Assembly: GCA_029567505.1 (NCBI GenBank)
Contig: JAKPXO010000136.1
Coordinates: 11,545 to 75,544, forward strand
Length of the DNA stretch: 64,000 nucleotides
Direction: 5' to 3'
Source of the DNA: Acidobacteriota bacterium
GTDB lineage: Bacteria; Acidobacteriota; Thermoanaerobaculia; UBA5066
The position numbers and the translations under genes were made by a program. The notes under the pieces were generated by a model, which saw only the letters and a program-made list of their open reading frames with translations, did no database searches and was not told the origin of the DNA. Below, piece after piece: positions 46,065 to 54,720 of this stretch; within the stretch, counting starts at the first letter, position 1, and each line of letters starts with the position of its first letter.

Positions 46065-46864
46065 GCCGGGGCCTTCTCGCCGGACGGAGCCGGGCTCGCG
46101 AGCATCGGCGGCACCGCGCCGGACGCGAGGTCGCGCTGCGCCGTCTCCATCGCGTCCCGCACGCGGGCCAGGAGAGCGCCGACGTCCCCTTCCGGAAGGT
46201 CGGCCACGGGGACGGGAGGGAGGACACGGATGCGGATCGTCCCGGGGCGGACGGCCCAGCGACGGGCGTCGAGGACCGTGTCGAGCGGGCTCACGGCGAG
46301 CGGGAGGATCGGAAAGCGCGCCCCGAGCGCGAGGTGGAAGACCCCCTTCTTGAAGGGGAGCAGCTCGCGCGACATGTTGCGATGCCCTTCCGGGGCGACC
46401 CAGACCGACACCCCGGCGCTCTTCGCCACCTCGGCGGCCTGCCGGATCGCCTCCATGGCGGCCGCCGTGTGCCGCCGGTCGATCAGGACGTTCCCGGTCG
46501 CGGTCCAGAGCCGCCCGAAGAACGGGATCCACTCGAGCTGCTTCTTGCCGATCGCGATCGCGCCGCGCGGGAAGATCTCCCCGTAGACGATGACGTCGAG
46601 GTTCGACTGGTGGCGCGCCATGACGACGGAGGGGGCGCACTCGGCGAAGCGCTCGGTCCCCTCCGCCTCGATGCGCCAGCCGAGCACCCGCTGCATCGCC
46701 CGCGAGTAGGACCGCGCGGCGAAGACGGCGGCGTGCCCCTCCGGCCCGCGGACGAGGGCGATCGCGAGCGCCGCCGCGGAGACGCCGAAGAAGAGGACTC
46801 CCCCGACGATCGACGCGGCGACGAAGTGGAGCGTGTAAACGCAGCGGCGGAGGAGGTACGGCAT
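46061..46864 (-). CDS. plsC: 1-acyl-sn-glycerol-3-phosphate acyltransferase (copy 2)
   Basis: RHQSNLD, LIDR, APEGHR, FKKGVF. Confidence 0.9.
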   Translation of the reverse strand: MPYLLRRCVYTLHFVAASIVGGVLFFGVSAAALAIALVRGPEGHAAVFAARSYSRAMQRVLGWRIEAEGTERFAECAPSVVMARHQSNLDVIVYGEIFPRGAIAIGKKQLEWIPFFGRLWTATGNVLIDRRHTAAAMEAIRQAAEVAKSAGVSVWVAPEGHRNMSRELLPFKKGVFHLALGARFPILPLAVSPLDTVLDARRWAVRPGTIRIRVLPPVPVADLPEGDVGALLARVRDAMETAQRDLASGAVPPMLASPAPSGEKAPA

Positions 46865-46899
46865 GGAGCCCGCTTCCGGGAAGCGGCATTATCCCCGCG

Positions 46900-48147
46900 A
46901 TGGAGACGGGCGTCGCGATCCTCGGCGGAGGGGCCGCGGGGCTCCTCGCGGCGGCGTCGGCGGCGAGCCGGCTCCGCGCGGCCGGGAGCGCCGCGCGCGT
47001 CGTCGTCCTCGAAGCGGCCCGCGAGCCGGGGAGGAAGGTCCTCGTCTCGGGAGGCGGACGCTGCAACGTCCTTCCGTCGCGCGAGGCGCGAGAGCGCTTC
47101 GTCTCCTCCTCCCCGCGCCGCCTCGTCGACCGCTTCCTCGACCGCTTCCCGCTCGCCGCCCAGCGCGCCTTCTTCGAGGAGCTCCTCGGCGGCGCGCTCC
47201 GCGAGGAGCCGGAGAGCGCGAAGCTCTTCCCGCCGACGAACCGGGCGCGCGACGTGCGCGACGCGCTCCTGACGCGCGCCCGGGCGGAGGGCGCCGACGT
47301 TCGGACCGCCTCGCCCGTCCGCGGCCTCGTGGCGCGAAGCGAGGGCGGCTTCGACGTCCGCCTCGACGCGGGGACGCTCTCAGCGTCCGCGGTCGTCCTC
47401 GCCACGGGCGGGCGCTCGGTCCTCGCGGGAGGCGCCGACGCGGCGGGCTTCGACCAGGCCTCGTCGCTCGGCCACACGGTGCGGGCCCTGCGCCCCGCCC
47501 TCGTCCCGCTCACCGGCTCCTCTCCCGCCCACGCGGCCCTCTCGGGAGTCGCGCTCGAGGCGTTCGTCACGGCGCGGAGCGGCGACGAGAGCGCCGCGGC
47601 CCGCGGCGGCTTCCTCTTCACCCATCGAGGATGGAGCGGTCCGGCCGTCCTCGACGTCTCCCACGTCGTGACGCGCGCCCTCGCCGAGGAGAAGCCGTTC
47701 TCCGTCACGGTCTCGTTCGGCGGCGACGCGGCGTCCCGGGACGAGGCGCTCCGGGCCGGCTCGGGGAACGTCCTCTCGCTCCTCCGTCGCTCGCTCCCCG
47801 ACCGCGTCGCGTCGCTCCTCTTCGTCGAAGCCGGCGTCGCGCCCGAGACGCCGCTCCACCGGCTGACGCGCCAGGCGAGGCGTGCCGTCGTCGCGGTGCT
47901 TACGGCCCTTCCGCTCCCGGTCGACGGAAGCGAGGGCTACCGCACGGCCGAGGTGACCGCCGGCGGCGTCGCGCTCGAAGAGGTCGACCCGGGGAGCGGC
48001 GGGAGCCGCCTCGTTCCGGGCCTCTTCCTCGCAGGAGAGATCCTCGACGCCGTCGGACCGATCGGCGGCTTCAACTTCCAGTGGGCCTGGGCGACGGGGC
48101 GGACGGCGGGAGAAGGAGCGGCGCGGGCCGTTCTCGCGGGCGGCTGA
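46900..48147 (+). CDS. HI0933/BaiN(YhiN)-family FAD-dependent oxidoreductase
   Basis: ILGGGAAG, GRKVLVSGGGRCN, LATGG, GFLFTHRGWSGPAVLD, AEVTAGGV, GEILD..GPIGGFNFQWAWATG. Confidence 0.92.
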   Translation: METGVAILGGGAAGLLAAASAASRLRAAGSAARVVVLEAAREPGRKVLVSGGGRCNVLPSREARERFVSSSPRRLVDRFLDRFPLAAQRAFFEELLGGALREEPESAKLFPPTNRARDVRDALLTRARAEGADVRTASPVRGLVARSEGGFDVRLDAGTLSASAVVLATGGRSVLAGGADAAGFDQASSLGHTVRALRPALVPLTGSSPAHAALSGVALEAFVTARSGDESAAARGGFLFTHRGWSGPAVLDVSHVVTRALAEEKPFSVTVSFGGDAASRDEALRAGSGNVLSLLRRSLPDRVASLLFVEAGVAPETPLHRLTRQARRAVVAVLTALPLPVDGSEGYRTAEVTAGGVALEEVDPGSGGSRLVPGLFLAGEILDAVGPIGGFNFQWAWATGRTAGEGAARAVLAGG

Positions 48148-48160
48148 GCCGCGCTCGCGA

Positions 48161-48502
48161 TCAGCCTTTCACGACGAAGCCACGCGCGGCGAGGAGCGGA
48201 CGCACGCGTTCGCGCACGTCTCCTGCGAGCTCGACCGCGCCGGGACGGACCGTCCCGCCGACCGCGCACGCCTTCTTCAGCGCCTTCGCGAGCTCCTCGA
48301 GGAACGGTCCGTTGTCGGGGAGCGCGTCGATCACCGTCACGCTCTTCCCGCCACGGCCCTTCTTCTCGATCCGGAGCTTCGCCGTCACCTTCGCGGGGAC
48401 CGGCTCGTCGAGCTTCTTCGAGCAGCGGCAGTCGTCGGCCGGCCAGCCGCACGTCGGGCAGATCCGCCCCTGACCGCTCGACCAGACGACGCGTCCGCTC
48501 AC
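48161..48502 (-). CDS. yciH: SUI1/eIF1-like translation initiation factor
   Basis: N-terminal CPTC...C.C, EKKGRGGKSVTVI, LKKACAVGGTV, ELAGD. Confidence 0.92.
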   Translation of the reverse strand: MSGRVVWSSGQGRICPTCGWPADDCRCSKKLDEPVPAKVTAKLRIEKKGRGGKSVTVIDALPDNGPFLEELAKALKKACAVGGTVRPGAVELAGDVRERVRPLLAARGFVVKG

Positions 48503-48625
48503 GGGAGGATCTTCTCAGACGGAGCGGATCCGGCCTTCGGCCGTGACTGGCCTCACGGGAAATTGAGATAGACTTGCAACTAACCCGACGGGACACCAGA
48601 TTGACGTTTCGAGGCACCCCCTCGG

Positions 48626-49522
48626 ATGACGTTTGGCATGCGCACGGAAGAGCTCGAGATCCGCGCCGGAGACGGCTTTTCGCTGGCGGCGACTCTCCAT
48701 CACCCGGAGGCGCCGGAGGAGGAATCCGTCGTCCTCGTGAACGCCGGAACCGGGATTCGCCGCGGCTTTTACGCGCGATTCGCGGCCTTCCTCGCGTCGT
48801 GCGGCTTCCCGGTCCTGACGTGGGACTACCGCGGGATCGGCGATTCGCGTCCCGCCTCGCTCCGAGGGTTTCGCGCGGCGATGCGGGACTGGGGGCGCGA
48901 GGACCTCGAGGCGCTTCTCGGCTGGGTCGGCGAGAGGCACCCGGGCCGTCCGATCCTCGTCGTCGGCCACAGCGCCGGAGGGCAGATCCTCGGTCTCGCC
49001 CCGTCGGCCTCGCGGATCTCCGCGGTCCTCGCCGTCGCCGCGCAGAGCGGCTGGTACCGGCACTGGCCCGTGCCGCGCCGGTACCTGATGGCCGGCCTCT
49101 GGTGGGGGCTCATGCCGGCGGCCACGGCGCTCTGCGGCTACTTCCCGTCGCGGGCGCTCGGCCTCGGCGAAGACCTGCCGAAGGGGGTCGCCCTCGAGTG
49201 GGCCCGCTGGTGCCGGAATCCGCAGTACATGGTCGACGCGAGCGGCGCCCCCCTCAGGCCTCATTTCGCCGACCTGCGCGCTCCGGTCCTCGCCTTCAGC
49301 TTCGCCGACGACCCGTTCGCCCCGCGCGCGGCCGTCGAGCAGCTGCTCTCCTTCTACACGGAAGCGAACGTCAGCCACCGCCACGTCGTCCCGGCGGAGA
49401 TCGGCCTCCGGGGCGTCGGCCATTTCGGCTTCTTCCGAGAGACCTGCCGCGAGGTGCTCTGGAAGGAGTGCGTCGACTGGCTGCGGCGCCGGGGCGCCGC
49501 GGCCGAAAGAGGAGTCGCATGA
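48626..49522 (+). CDS. Alpha/beta hydrolase (COG4757-like)
   Basis: TWDYRGIGDS, nucleophile elbow GHSAGG, SFADD, GHFGFF. Confidence 0.85.
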   Translation: MTFGMRTEELEIRAGDGFSLAATLHHPEAPEEESVVLVNAGTGIRRGFYARFAAFLASCGFPVLTWDYRGIGDSRPASLRGFRAAMRDWGREDLEALLGWVGERHPGRPILVVGHSAGGQILGLAPSASRISAVLAVAAQSGWYRHWPVPRRYLMAGLWWGLMPAATALCGYFPSRALGLGEDLPKGVALEWARWCRNPQYMVDASGAPLRPHFADLRAPVLAFSFADDPFAPRAAVEQLLSFYTEANVSHRHVVPAEIGLRGVGHFGFFRETCREVLWKECVDWLRRRGAAAERGVA

Positions 49523-50790
49523 AGAACGTCTCTCCGGAGCCCGCGCCGGTCCCCGAGGACGCGCAAGAGGAGCGCCGAGGGCCCGTGGCCGTTCCCGCCG
49601 CCGCACCGTCGCGGGCGCGTCGGCTCTTCCTCGACGCGCTCTCGGAGCATCTCACCGGCGCGCGGGTCGTCTTCCGGACGGAGGACGGCCGGCACGAGGT
49701 CGGCCGGGGCGAGGCCGTCGCCGCCGTCGTGAGGGTCCACCGCGAGCGCTTCTTCGAGAGGGCTCTCGCCCAGGGGAACCTCGGGCTCGGCGAGTCGTTC
49801 ATGGACGGGGACTGGGAGGTCGAGCAGGGGACGCTCGAAGGGCTCCTCGAGGCGCTCCTGCGGGCCCGGCTCGACCGAAAGCTCGCCGGCAACCCGGGCG
49901 TCGCGCTGAAGGTCCTCGCGCTCCAGCTCCTGAACGGCCTGCGGGGCCGGCAGTGGGCGCACGTCCAGCGCCACTACGACGTCGGCGACGACCTCTTCGA
50001 GCTCTTCCTCGACCGCTCCCTCGTCTACTCCTGCGGCTACCTCGTGAAGGAGGACGACTCGATCGAGAAGATGCAGGAGCAGAAGCTCGACCGGATCTGC
50101 CGGAAGCTCGGCCTGGCGCCAGGCGAGCGGCTCCTCGACATCGGCTGCGGCTTCGGCGGCCTCCTGATCCACGCCGCCTCGCGATTCGGTGTGACGGGCG
50201 TCGGCATCACGACGAGCGCGCGCCACGCGGCGAAGGGGATGGAGCGGGTCCGCGCGGCGGGGCTGGAGGGGCGCGTCGCCCTCGAGCTGCGCGACCACCG
50301 GACCGTCGAGGGGCGCTTCGACAAGGTCGTCAGCGTCGGGATGATGGAGCACCTGCCGCGGGGCGAGTACGCGCGCTACTTCGAGCGGATCGCGGCGGTC
50401 CTCACGCCCGAGGGGCGCGGCCTCGTCCACACGATCGGCTGCAACGCCGCGCGGAACCGCCACGACCCCTTCATCCAGAAGTACGTCTTCCCCGGCTCGG
50501 GGCAGCCGAAGCTCTCGGAGATGGCGGCGGAGTGCGAGCGGCACGGCCTCGCGATCCTGGACGTCGAGAACATGGTGCGGCACTACGCGCACACGGCCCG
50601 GCGCTGGCTCGACCGCTTCCGCGAGCGGGCGCACCTCCTCGACCCGAAGCGCTACGACGCCTCCTTCCGTCGGATGTGGGAGTACTACCTCTGCTGCTGC
50701 ATCGCCGGGGCGCGCGCCTCGGACGGCGCGCTCTACCAGGTGCTCTTCGCCCGCGACTACGCGGCCGAGATGCCCCTTCACCGCGTCTGA
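49519..50790 (+). CDS. cfa: Cyclopropane-fatty-acyl-phospholipid synthase-family SAM methyltransferase
   Basis: LGESFMDGDW, HYDVGDDLF..FLD..LVYSC, LLDIGCGFGG, DKVVSVGMMEH, FIQKYVFPG, RMWEYYL. RBS GAGGAG. Confidence 0.92.
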   Translation: MKNVSPEPAPVPEDAQEERRGPVAVPAAAPSRARRLFLDALSEHLTGARVVFRTEDGRHEVGRGEAVAAVVRVHRERFFERALAQGNLGLGESFMDGDWEVEQGTLEGLLEALLRARLDRKLAGNPGVALKVLALQLLNGLRGRQWAHVQRHYDVGDDLFELFLDRSLVYSCGYLVKEDDSIEKMQEQKLDRICRKLGLAPGERLLDIGCGFGGLLIHAASRFGVTGVGITTSARHAAKGMERVRAAGLEGRVALELRDHRTVEGRFDKVVSVGMMEHLPRGEYARYFERIAAVLTPEGRGLVHTIGCNAARNRHDPFIQKYVFPGSGQPKLSEMAAECERHGLAILDVENMVRHYAHTARRWLDRFRERAHLLDPKRYDASFRRMWEYYLCCCIAGARASDGALYQVLFARDYAAEMPLHRV

Positions 50791-50803
50791 GGAGGCCGAG
50801 ACC

Positions 50804-51886
50804 GTGAACGCCCTCTCCGTCCTGAACCAGCGGTGGGTCGAGGCCGGCTACACGCGCAAGCCCGTCGGCGTCCACCTCCTCCAGCTCGCGGCCCACGTCG
50901 CGTTCGCGCTCGGGGGCACGGCGCTCTACTTCCTCGTGCCGGGGCTCGCCGCGAAGGCGCTCGGGCTGCTCGTCTCCTCCTACGGGATGATCGGCATCTC
51001 GACGCACGCGCACACCTCCTCGCACAACGCGATCTTCGACGCGACGCCGCCGAACCGGGGCCTCGTCCACCTCGGCTTCCCGTTCCTCTGCGGCGTCTCG
51101 GCGCTCTACTGGTGGAACAAGCACGTCCACGTCCACCACCCGACGCCGAACGTCGTCGGCCTCGACGACGACGTCGACCTGATGCCGTTCTTCGCGCTCA
51201 CGCGCGAGGAGGCCGAGCGTGGCGGTCCGCTCCTGAAGCTCTGGTTCCGGGTCCAGGGAATTGCGATCGTCCCGATCCTCGCCCTCAACTGCTTCAACAT
51301 CCAGAAGACGGGCTGGTCGTACTGGCTCCGGACCCTCCGGGGTCCCGGGGCGAAGCGGGGCGCCCACGCGCTCGACCTCGCCCTCCTCCTCGGCCACTAC
51401 GTCTTCTGGATCGGCCTCCCGGCGCTCTTCTTCCCGCTCGGCGAGGTCGTCCTCTTCTACGTCGTCCGGATGCTCCTCCTCGGCTACGGGATGTTCGCCG
51501 TCTTCGCACCGGCCCACTTCCCGGCGCGGGCCAGCTTCGTCTCGGCGGAGGGGGAGACGAACCGGCTCGCCTACAAGAAGTCGAAGGACTTCATCCTCCT
51601 CCAGACGGCGACGACGGTGAACTTCCGGACCGGTCCGATCGGCCGCCTCCTCTGCCTCGGCGTGGAGTACCAGATCGAGCACCACCTCTTCCCCGGGATC
51701 TCGCACGTCCACTACCCGCGGCTCTCGGTGGAGCTGAAGCGCTTCTGCGAGGAGAACGGCTACCCGTATCGGACGCTCGGCTGGTGGGAGGGGATCGTCG
51801 AGTCGATCCGGGCGTTCCGGCACTTCAAGCCGGTCGAGCCGCGGCTCGAGGAGCTTCGCCTGCCGGCGGAGGGACAGGCGGCGTGA
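50804..51886 (+). CDS. Membrane fatty-acid desaturase, front-end (delta-6-like) type without cytochrome b5 domain
   Basis: His boxes HTSSH, HVHVHH and QIEHH (Gln-substituted third box), plus several TM helices. Confidence 0.88.
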   Translation: MNALSVLNQRWVEAGYTRKPVGVHLLQLAAHVAFALGGTALYFLVPGLAAKALGLLVSSYGMIGISTHAHTSSHNAIFDATPPNRGLVHLGFPFLCGVSALYWWNKHVHVHHPTPNVVGLDDDVDLMPFFALTREEAERGGPLLKLWFRVQGIAIVPILALNCFNIQKTGWSYWLRTLRGPGAKRGAHALDLALLLGHYVFWIGLPALFFPLGEVVLFYVVRMLLLGYGMFAVFAPAHFPARASFVSAEGETNRLAYKKSKDFILLQTATTVNFRTGPIGRLLCLGVEYQIEHHLFPGISHVHYPRLSVELKRFCEENGYPYRTLGWWEGIVESIRAFRHFKPVEPRLEELRLPAEGQAA

Positions 51887-52770
51887 GAGGGGAGCACGGT
51901 GACGGGGCGCTCCGGCGCCTCGGCGCCGCGCTCGACCGCCGTTGGGCCCGCTCCGCACGCCCGTCACGCGGAGAGGAGATCGAGCTCGCCGCCGGGCGCC
52001 TCCGCGTTCGCCGCGGGGGCGGGCCCGACGGCGTCCCGGTCGTCGTCGTCCCCGACCCGCCGAACGTCGTCGAGCACTACGACGGCGTCTTCGACGCCCT
52101 CGCGGCCGGCGGCCCCGTGGTGGTCGTCGAGGCGCCCGGATTCGGGTTCTCGGCGCCCCGGGAGGGCGCGCGCTACCGCATCGAGGAGCTCTCCTCCGCG
52201 CTCGAGGAGCTCCTCCTGCGCTTCGGCTTCCGCGGCGCGACCCTCTCGCTCGCCTGCGTCGGCGCGTTCGCGGCGGTGGACCTCGCGGCGCGCCGGCCGG
52301 ACCTCGTGGGCCGCCTCGTCCTCTCGCAAGTCGCGTCGCGGCGCGAGATGGCGTCGTGGGTGAGGCGCAAGGACGTCTGCGGGGTCATCCAGGCGCCGCT
52401 CCTCGGCCCGGTCGCGGTCCGGGCGGCGCGCCGGCGGATCGCGCGGTGGTGGTACCGCGCCGCCCTGCCGCCCGGGGCCGATCCCGGCCCCTTCGCCGCA
52501 CCCGCGCTCGCCGCGCTCCGTGCCGGGGCCGCGTTCCCGCTCGCCTCGGCCTTCCAGGAGTTCGCGCGCTTTCCGGGCGACCGCCTCCGGCCCGCCTGCC
52601 CCGTCACCGTCCTCCTCGGGACGGCCGACCCCACTCACGCGGGGACGGAGCTCGGCTCGGTCGCGGAGGAGCTCCCGGGCGCGCGCGTTCTCGTCTTTCC
52701 CCGCTCGGGGCACTTCCCCGACCTCGAGAACCCCGGGGAGTGGCTCGCCGCCCTACGCGCTCCCGCCTGA
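51883..52770 (+). CDS. Alpha/beta-hydrolase-fold protein with Cys at the nucleophile position
   Basis: GTG overlaps the desaturase stop. PDPPNVVEHY, EAPGFGFS, elbow SLACVGAF, C-terminal SGHFPDLE. Confidence 0.75.
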   Translation: MRGEHGDGALRRLGAALDRRWARSARPSRGEEIELAAGRLRVRRGGGPDGVPVVVVPDPPNVVEHYDGVFDALAAGGPVVVVEAPGFGFSAPREGARYRIEELSSALEELLLRFGFRGATLSLACVGAFAAVDLAARRPDLVGRLVLSQVASRREMASWVRRKDVCGVIQAPLLGPVAVRAARRRIARWWYRAALPPGADPGPFAAPALAALRAGAAFPLASAFQEFARFPGDRLRPACPVTVLLGTADPTHAGTELGSVAEELPGARVLVFPRSGHFPDLENPGEWLAALRAPA

Positions 52771-54597
52771 AGCCGGTGCGTCCGCTCGTGCGAGGGCCTC
52801 GCCGGCCGGAGAAGCGAGGACCTGGGCTGCGTGTTCGTAGCCGACCCGCTCCAGCTCCCGGATGAGCGAGAAGTCGAAGATCGAGTACTTCTCGATCGGG
52901 GGGTGGAAGAAGACGTCCGACAGGCGCTGCATCTCATCGACCTGCTGGACGCTCGCAAGCCCGGACGAGCGCATGAGGAGCTCGAAGAAGCCGGGCACCT
53001 GCGGCTTCTTCCCGAGGAGCTTGCGGAAGAGAAGCCCCCAGGAATTCGGCGCCATCGTCAGCGCCGGGTCGACGCTCAGGTCCTCCACGGGACTGACGTC
53101 GATCGTGACGACGGTCCCGGAGCAGCGGCCGCGCATCACGTCGACGGGGAGATTCGCGAGGACGGCGCCGTCGACGAGGAGGTCGCCCCCCTCGAAGGCC
53201 GGTGGCGCGAGGCCCGGCACCGCGATGCTCGCGCCGAGGGCCCTCCAGGCGGGCCCGGCGTCGTGCACCTCGACGCGCGCCCGCGTCAGGTTGCTCGAGC
53301 AGCAGAAGAACGGGATCCGGAGGTCTTCGAGACGCGCCTCGCCGTAGATCGCGCGGGCCACGGAGTAGAAACGCCGCCCGGTGACGAAGCCGAGATACGG
53401 AAACGTGTAGTCCTTCAGCGGCTTCGTCCGGGTCCACGTCACCTCGTTGAACGTGAGCATCTTCCGCGCGTCCCACCCCATCGCGACCTGCGCGCCGAGG
53501 AACGCGCCCATGCTCGTCCCGCCCACGACGTCGAACGAGACGCCCCGTTCCGCGAGCGCCCGGAGGACGCCGATCTGCGCGAACGATCGGGCTCCGCCGC
53601 CGCCGAGGACGAGGCCGCGCACCTCGCCCGTCAGCGACCGGACGAGACGCTCCATCTCGCCCGGTGCGCTCTCGGCGACGTGGTGATGGGCCCGGACGCG
53701 CCGCGGCGCGAGCCACGTGCTCGTCCCGAGGTAGAGCGGCTTCGTCTCGCGGTGGAGGAGGACGAGGTCGGCGGTCCTCACGTCGGCGAGACCCTGGCGG
53801 GCGAGGAGCGCCTCGATCGGCCCGGGAGCGGGGCTCCCGTCGTCGGGCGCGACGAAGAGGATCCGGTCGGCCTGGCGGAGGCAGCGGCTCGTCCAGGACG
53901 AGGGGCCGGGCTCTGCCTCGTAGACTACGAAGCGGTGCTTCTCCTCCTGCTCGTTCAGGTACGCCACGATCCCGGAGTTGCGAGAGGAGTCGCGGGCGGC
54001 CTGGGCGGCGCCCTCGCCGAGGGCGCTGTCGAGAGCGGACGCGTCGAGGTGCCGGACGCTCCCGCGCTTTCCGAGAGCTTCGACGAGCCGCCGGGTGAAC
54101 TCCGCGATCCGTCCGTCCTTCTGCGTCGTGGCCACGGCGATCGTCGAGATCCGCCCGGCGGAGGCGCCGCGTCGGCCGGCGAGGACCGACTGGTAGTGGC
54201 CGATGATCCGCCGCGTCAGCCCGTGCATGAGGCGCGGATGCGTCTCGAGGAGCCGCCGGAACGCCTCACCCGACAGGCGGAGGAGGTCGGTGTCGCGCCG
54301 CGAGCGGGCCGTTGCGCTTCGCCGCTCGCCCGTCAGGAGCGCCATCTCGCCGAGGCACTCTCCGGGGCCGGCCTCGCCGATCGGGCGCAGCGAGCCGTCG
54401 GGGAGCGTCAGCGACACTTCGATCCGGCCGCTTGCGACGATGTAGAGGCAGTCGCCCGTCTCCCCGTGCTCGAAGACGGTCTCGCCTCCGGGGACCCGGA
54501 CCGGCTCGAACTCCGGGCCGATGCGCGCGAGGTCTTCCGGGGCGAGCCCCCCGAACAGGCGCGTCGTCGACAGGATCTCGGGAATCGACAGGCTCAC
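52753..54597 (-). CDS. cNMP-binding domain + patatin-like phospholipase (NTE-like)
   Basis: GTG at 54597 with GGAGG RBS. cNMP GEMALLTGERRSATA, patatin GGGGAR, GTSMG, DGA. Confidence 0.92.
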   Translation of the reverse strand: MSLSIPEILSTTRLFGGLAPEDLARIGPEFEPVRVPGGETVFEHGETGDCLYIVASGRIEVSLTLPDGSLRPIGEAGPGECLGEMALLTGERRSATARSRRDTDLLRLSGEAFRRLLETHPRLMHGLTRRIIGHYQSVLAGRRGASAGRISTIAVATTQKDGRIAEFTRRLVEALGKRGSVRHLDASALDSALGEGAAQAARDSSRNSGIVAYLNEQEEKHRFVVYEAEPGPSSWTSRCLRQADRILFVAPDDGSPAPGPIEALLARQGLADVRTADLVLLHRETKPLYLGTSTWLAPRRVRAHHHVAESAPGEMERLVRSLTGEVRGLVLGGGGARSFAQIGVLRALAERGVSFDVVGGTSMGAFLGAQVAMGWDARKMLTFNEVTWTRTKPLKDYTFPYLGFVTGRRFYSVARAIYGEARLEDLRIPFFCCSSNLTRARVEVHDAGPAWRALGASIAVPGLAPPAFEGGDLLVDGAVLANLPVDVMRGRCSGTVVTIDVSPVEDLSVDPALTMAPNSWGLLFRKLLGKKPQVPGFFELLMRSSGLASVQQVDEMQRLSDVFFHPPIEKYSIFDFSLIRELERVGYEHAAQVLASPAGEALARADAPASGGSA

Positions 54598-54720
54598 GGG
54601 CACCCTCCGTCGGCGTTGTTCGGCGTTCCGGCGATTTTTGGGGGCGGATGCTAGCAAGAAGAGGGCGGGGAGCGCGCGGAACGCTGCGGCGGCGAGGGCG
54701 CGTCGACGGAGGTCGCCGCG

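Noticed and set aside
48503-48625. AT-richer intergenic region as an sRNA or operator
   Set aside because: No convincing palindrome, sigma54 spacing or stable structure was found. It is adequately explained as a divergent promoter region.
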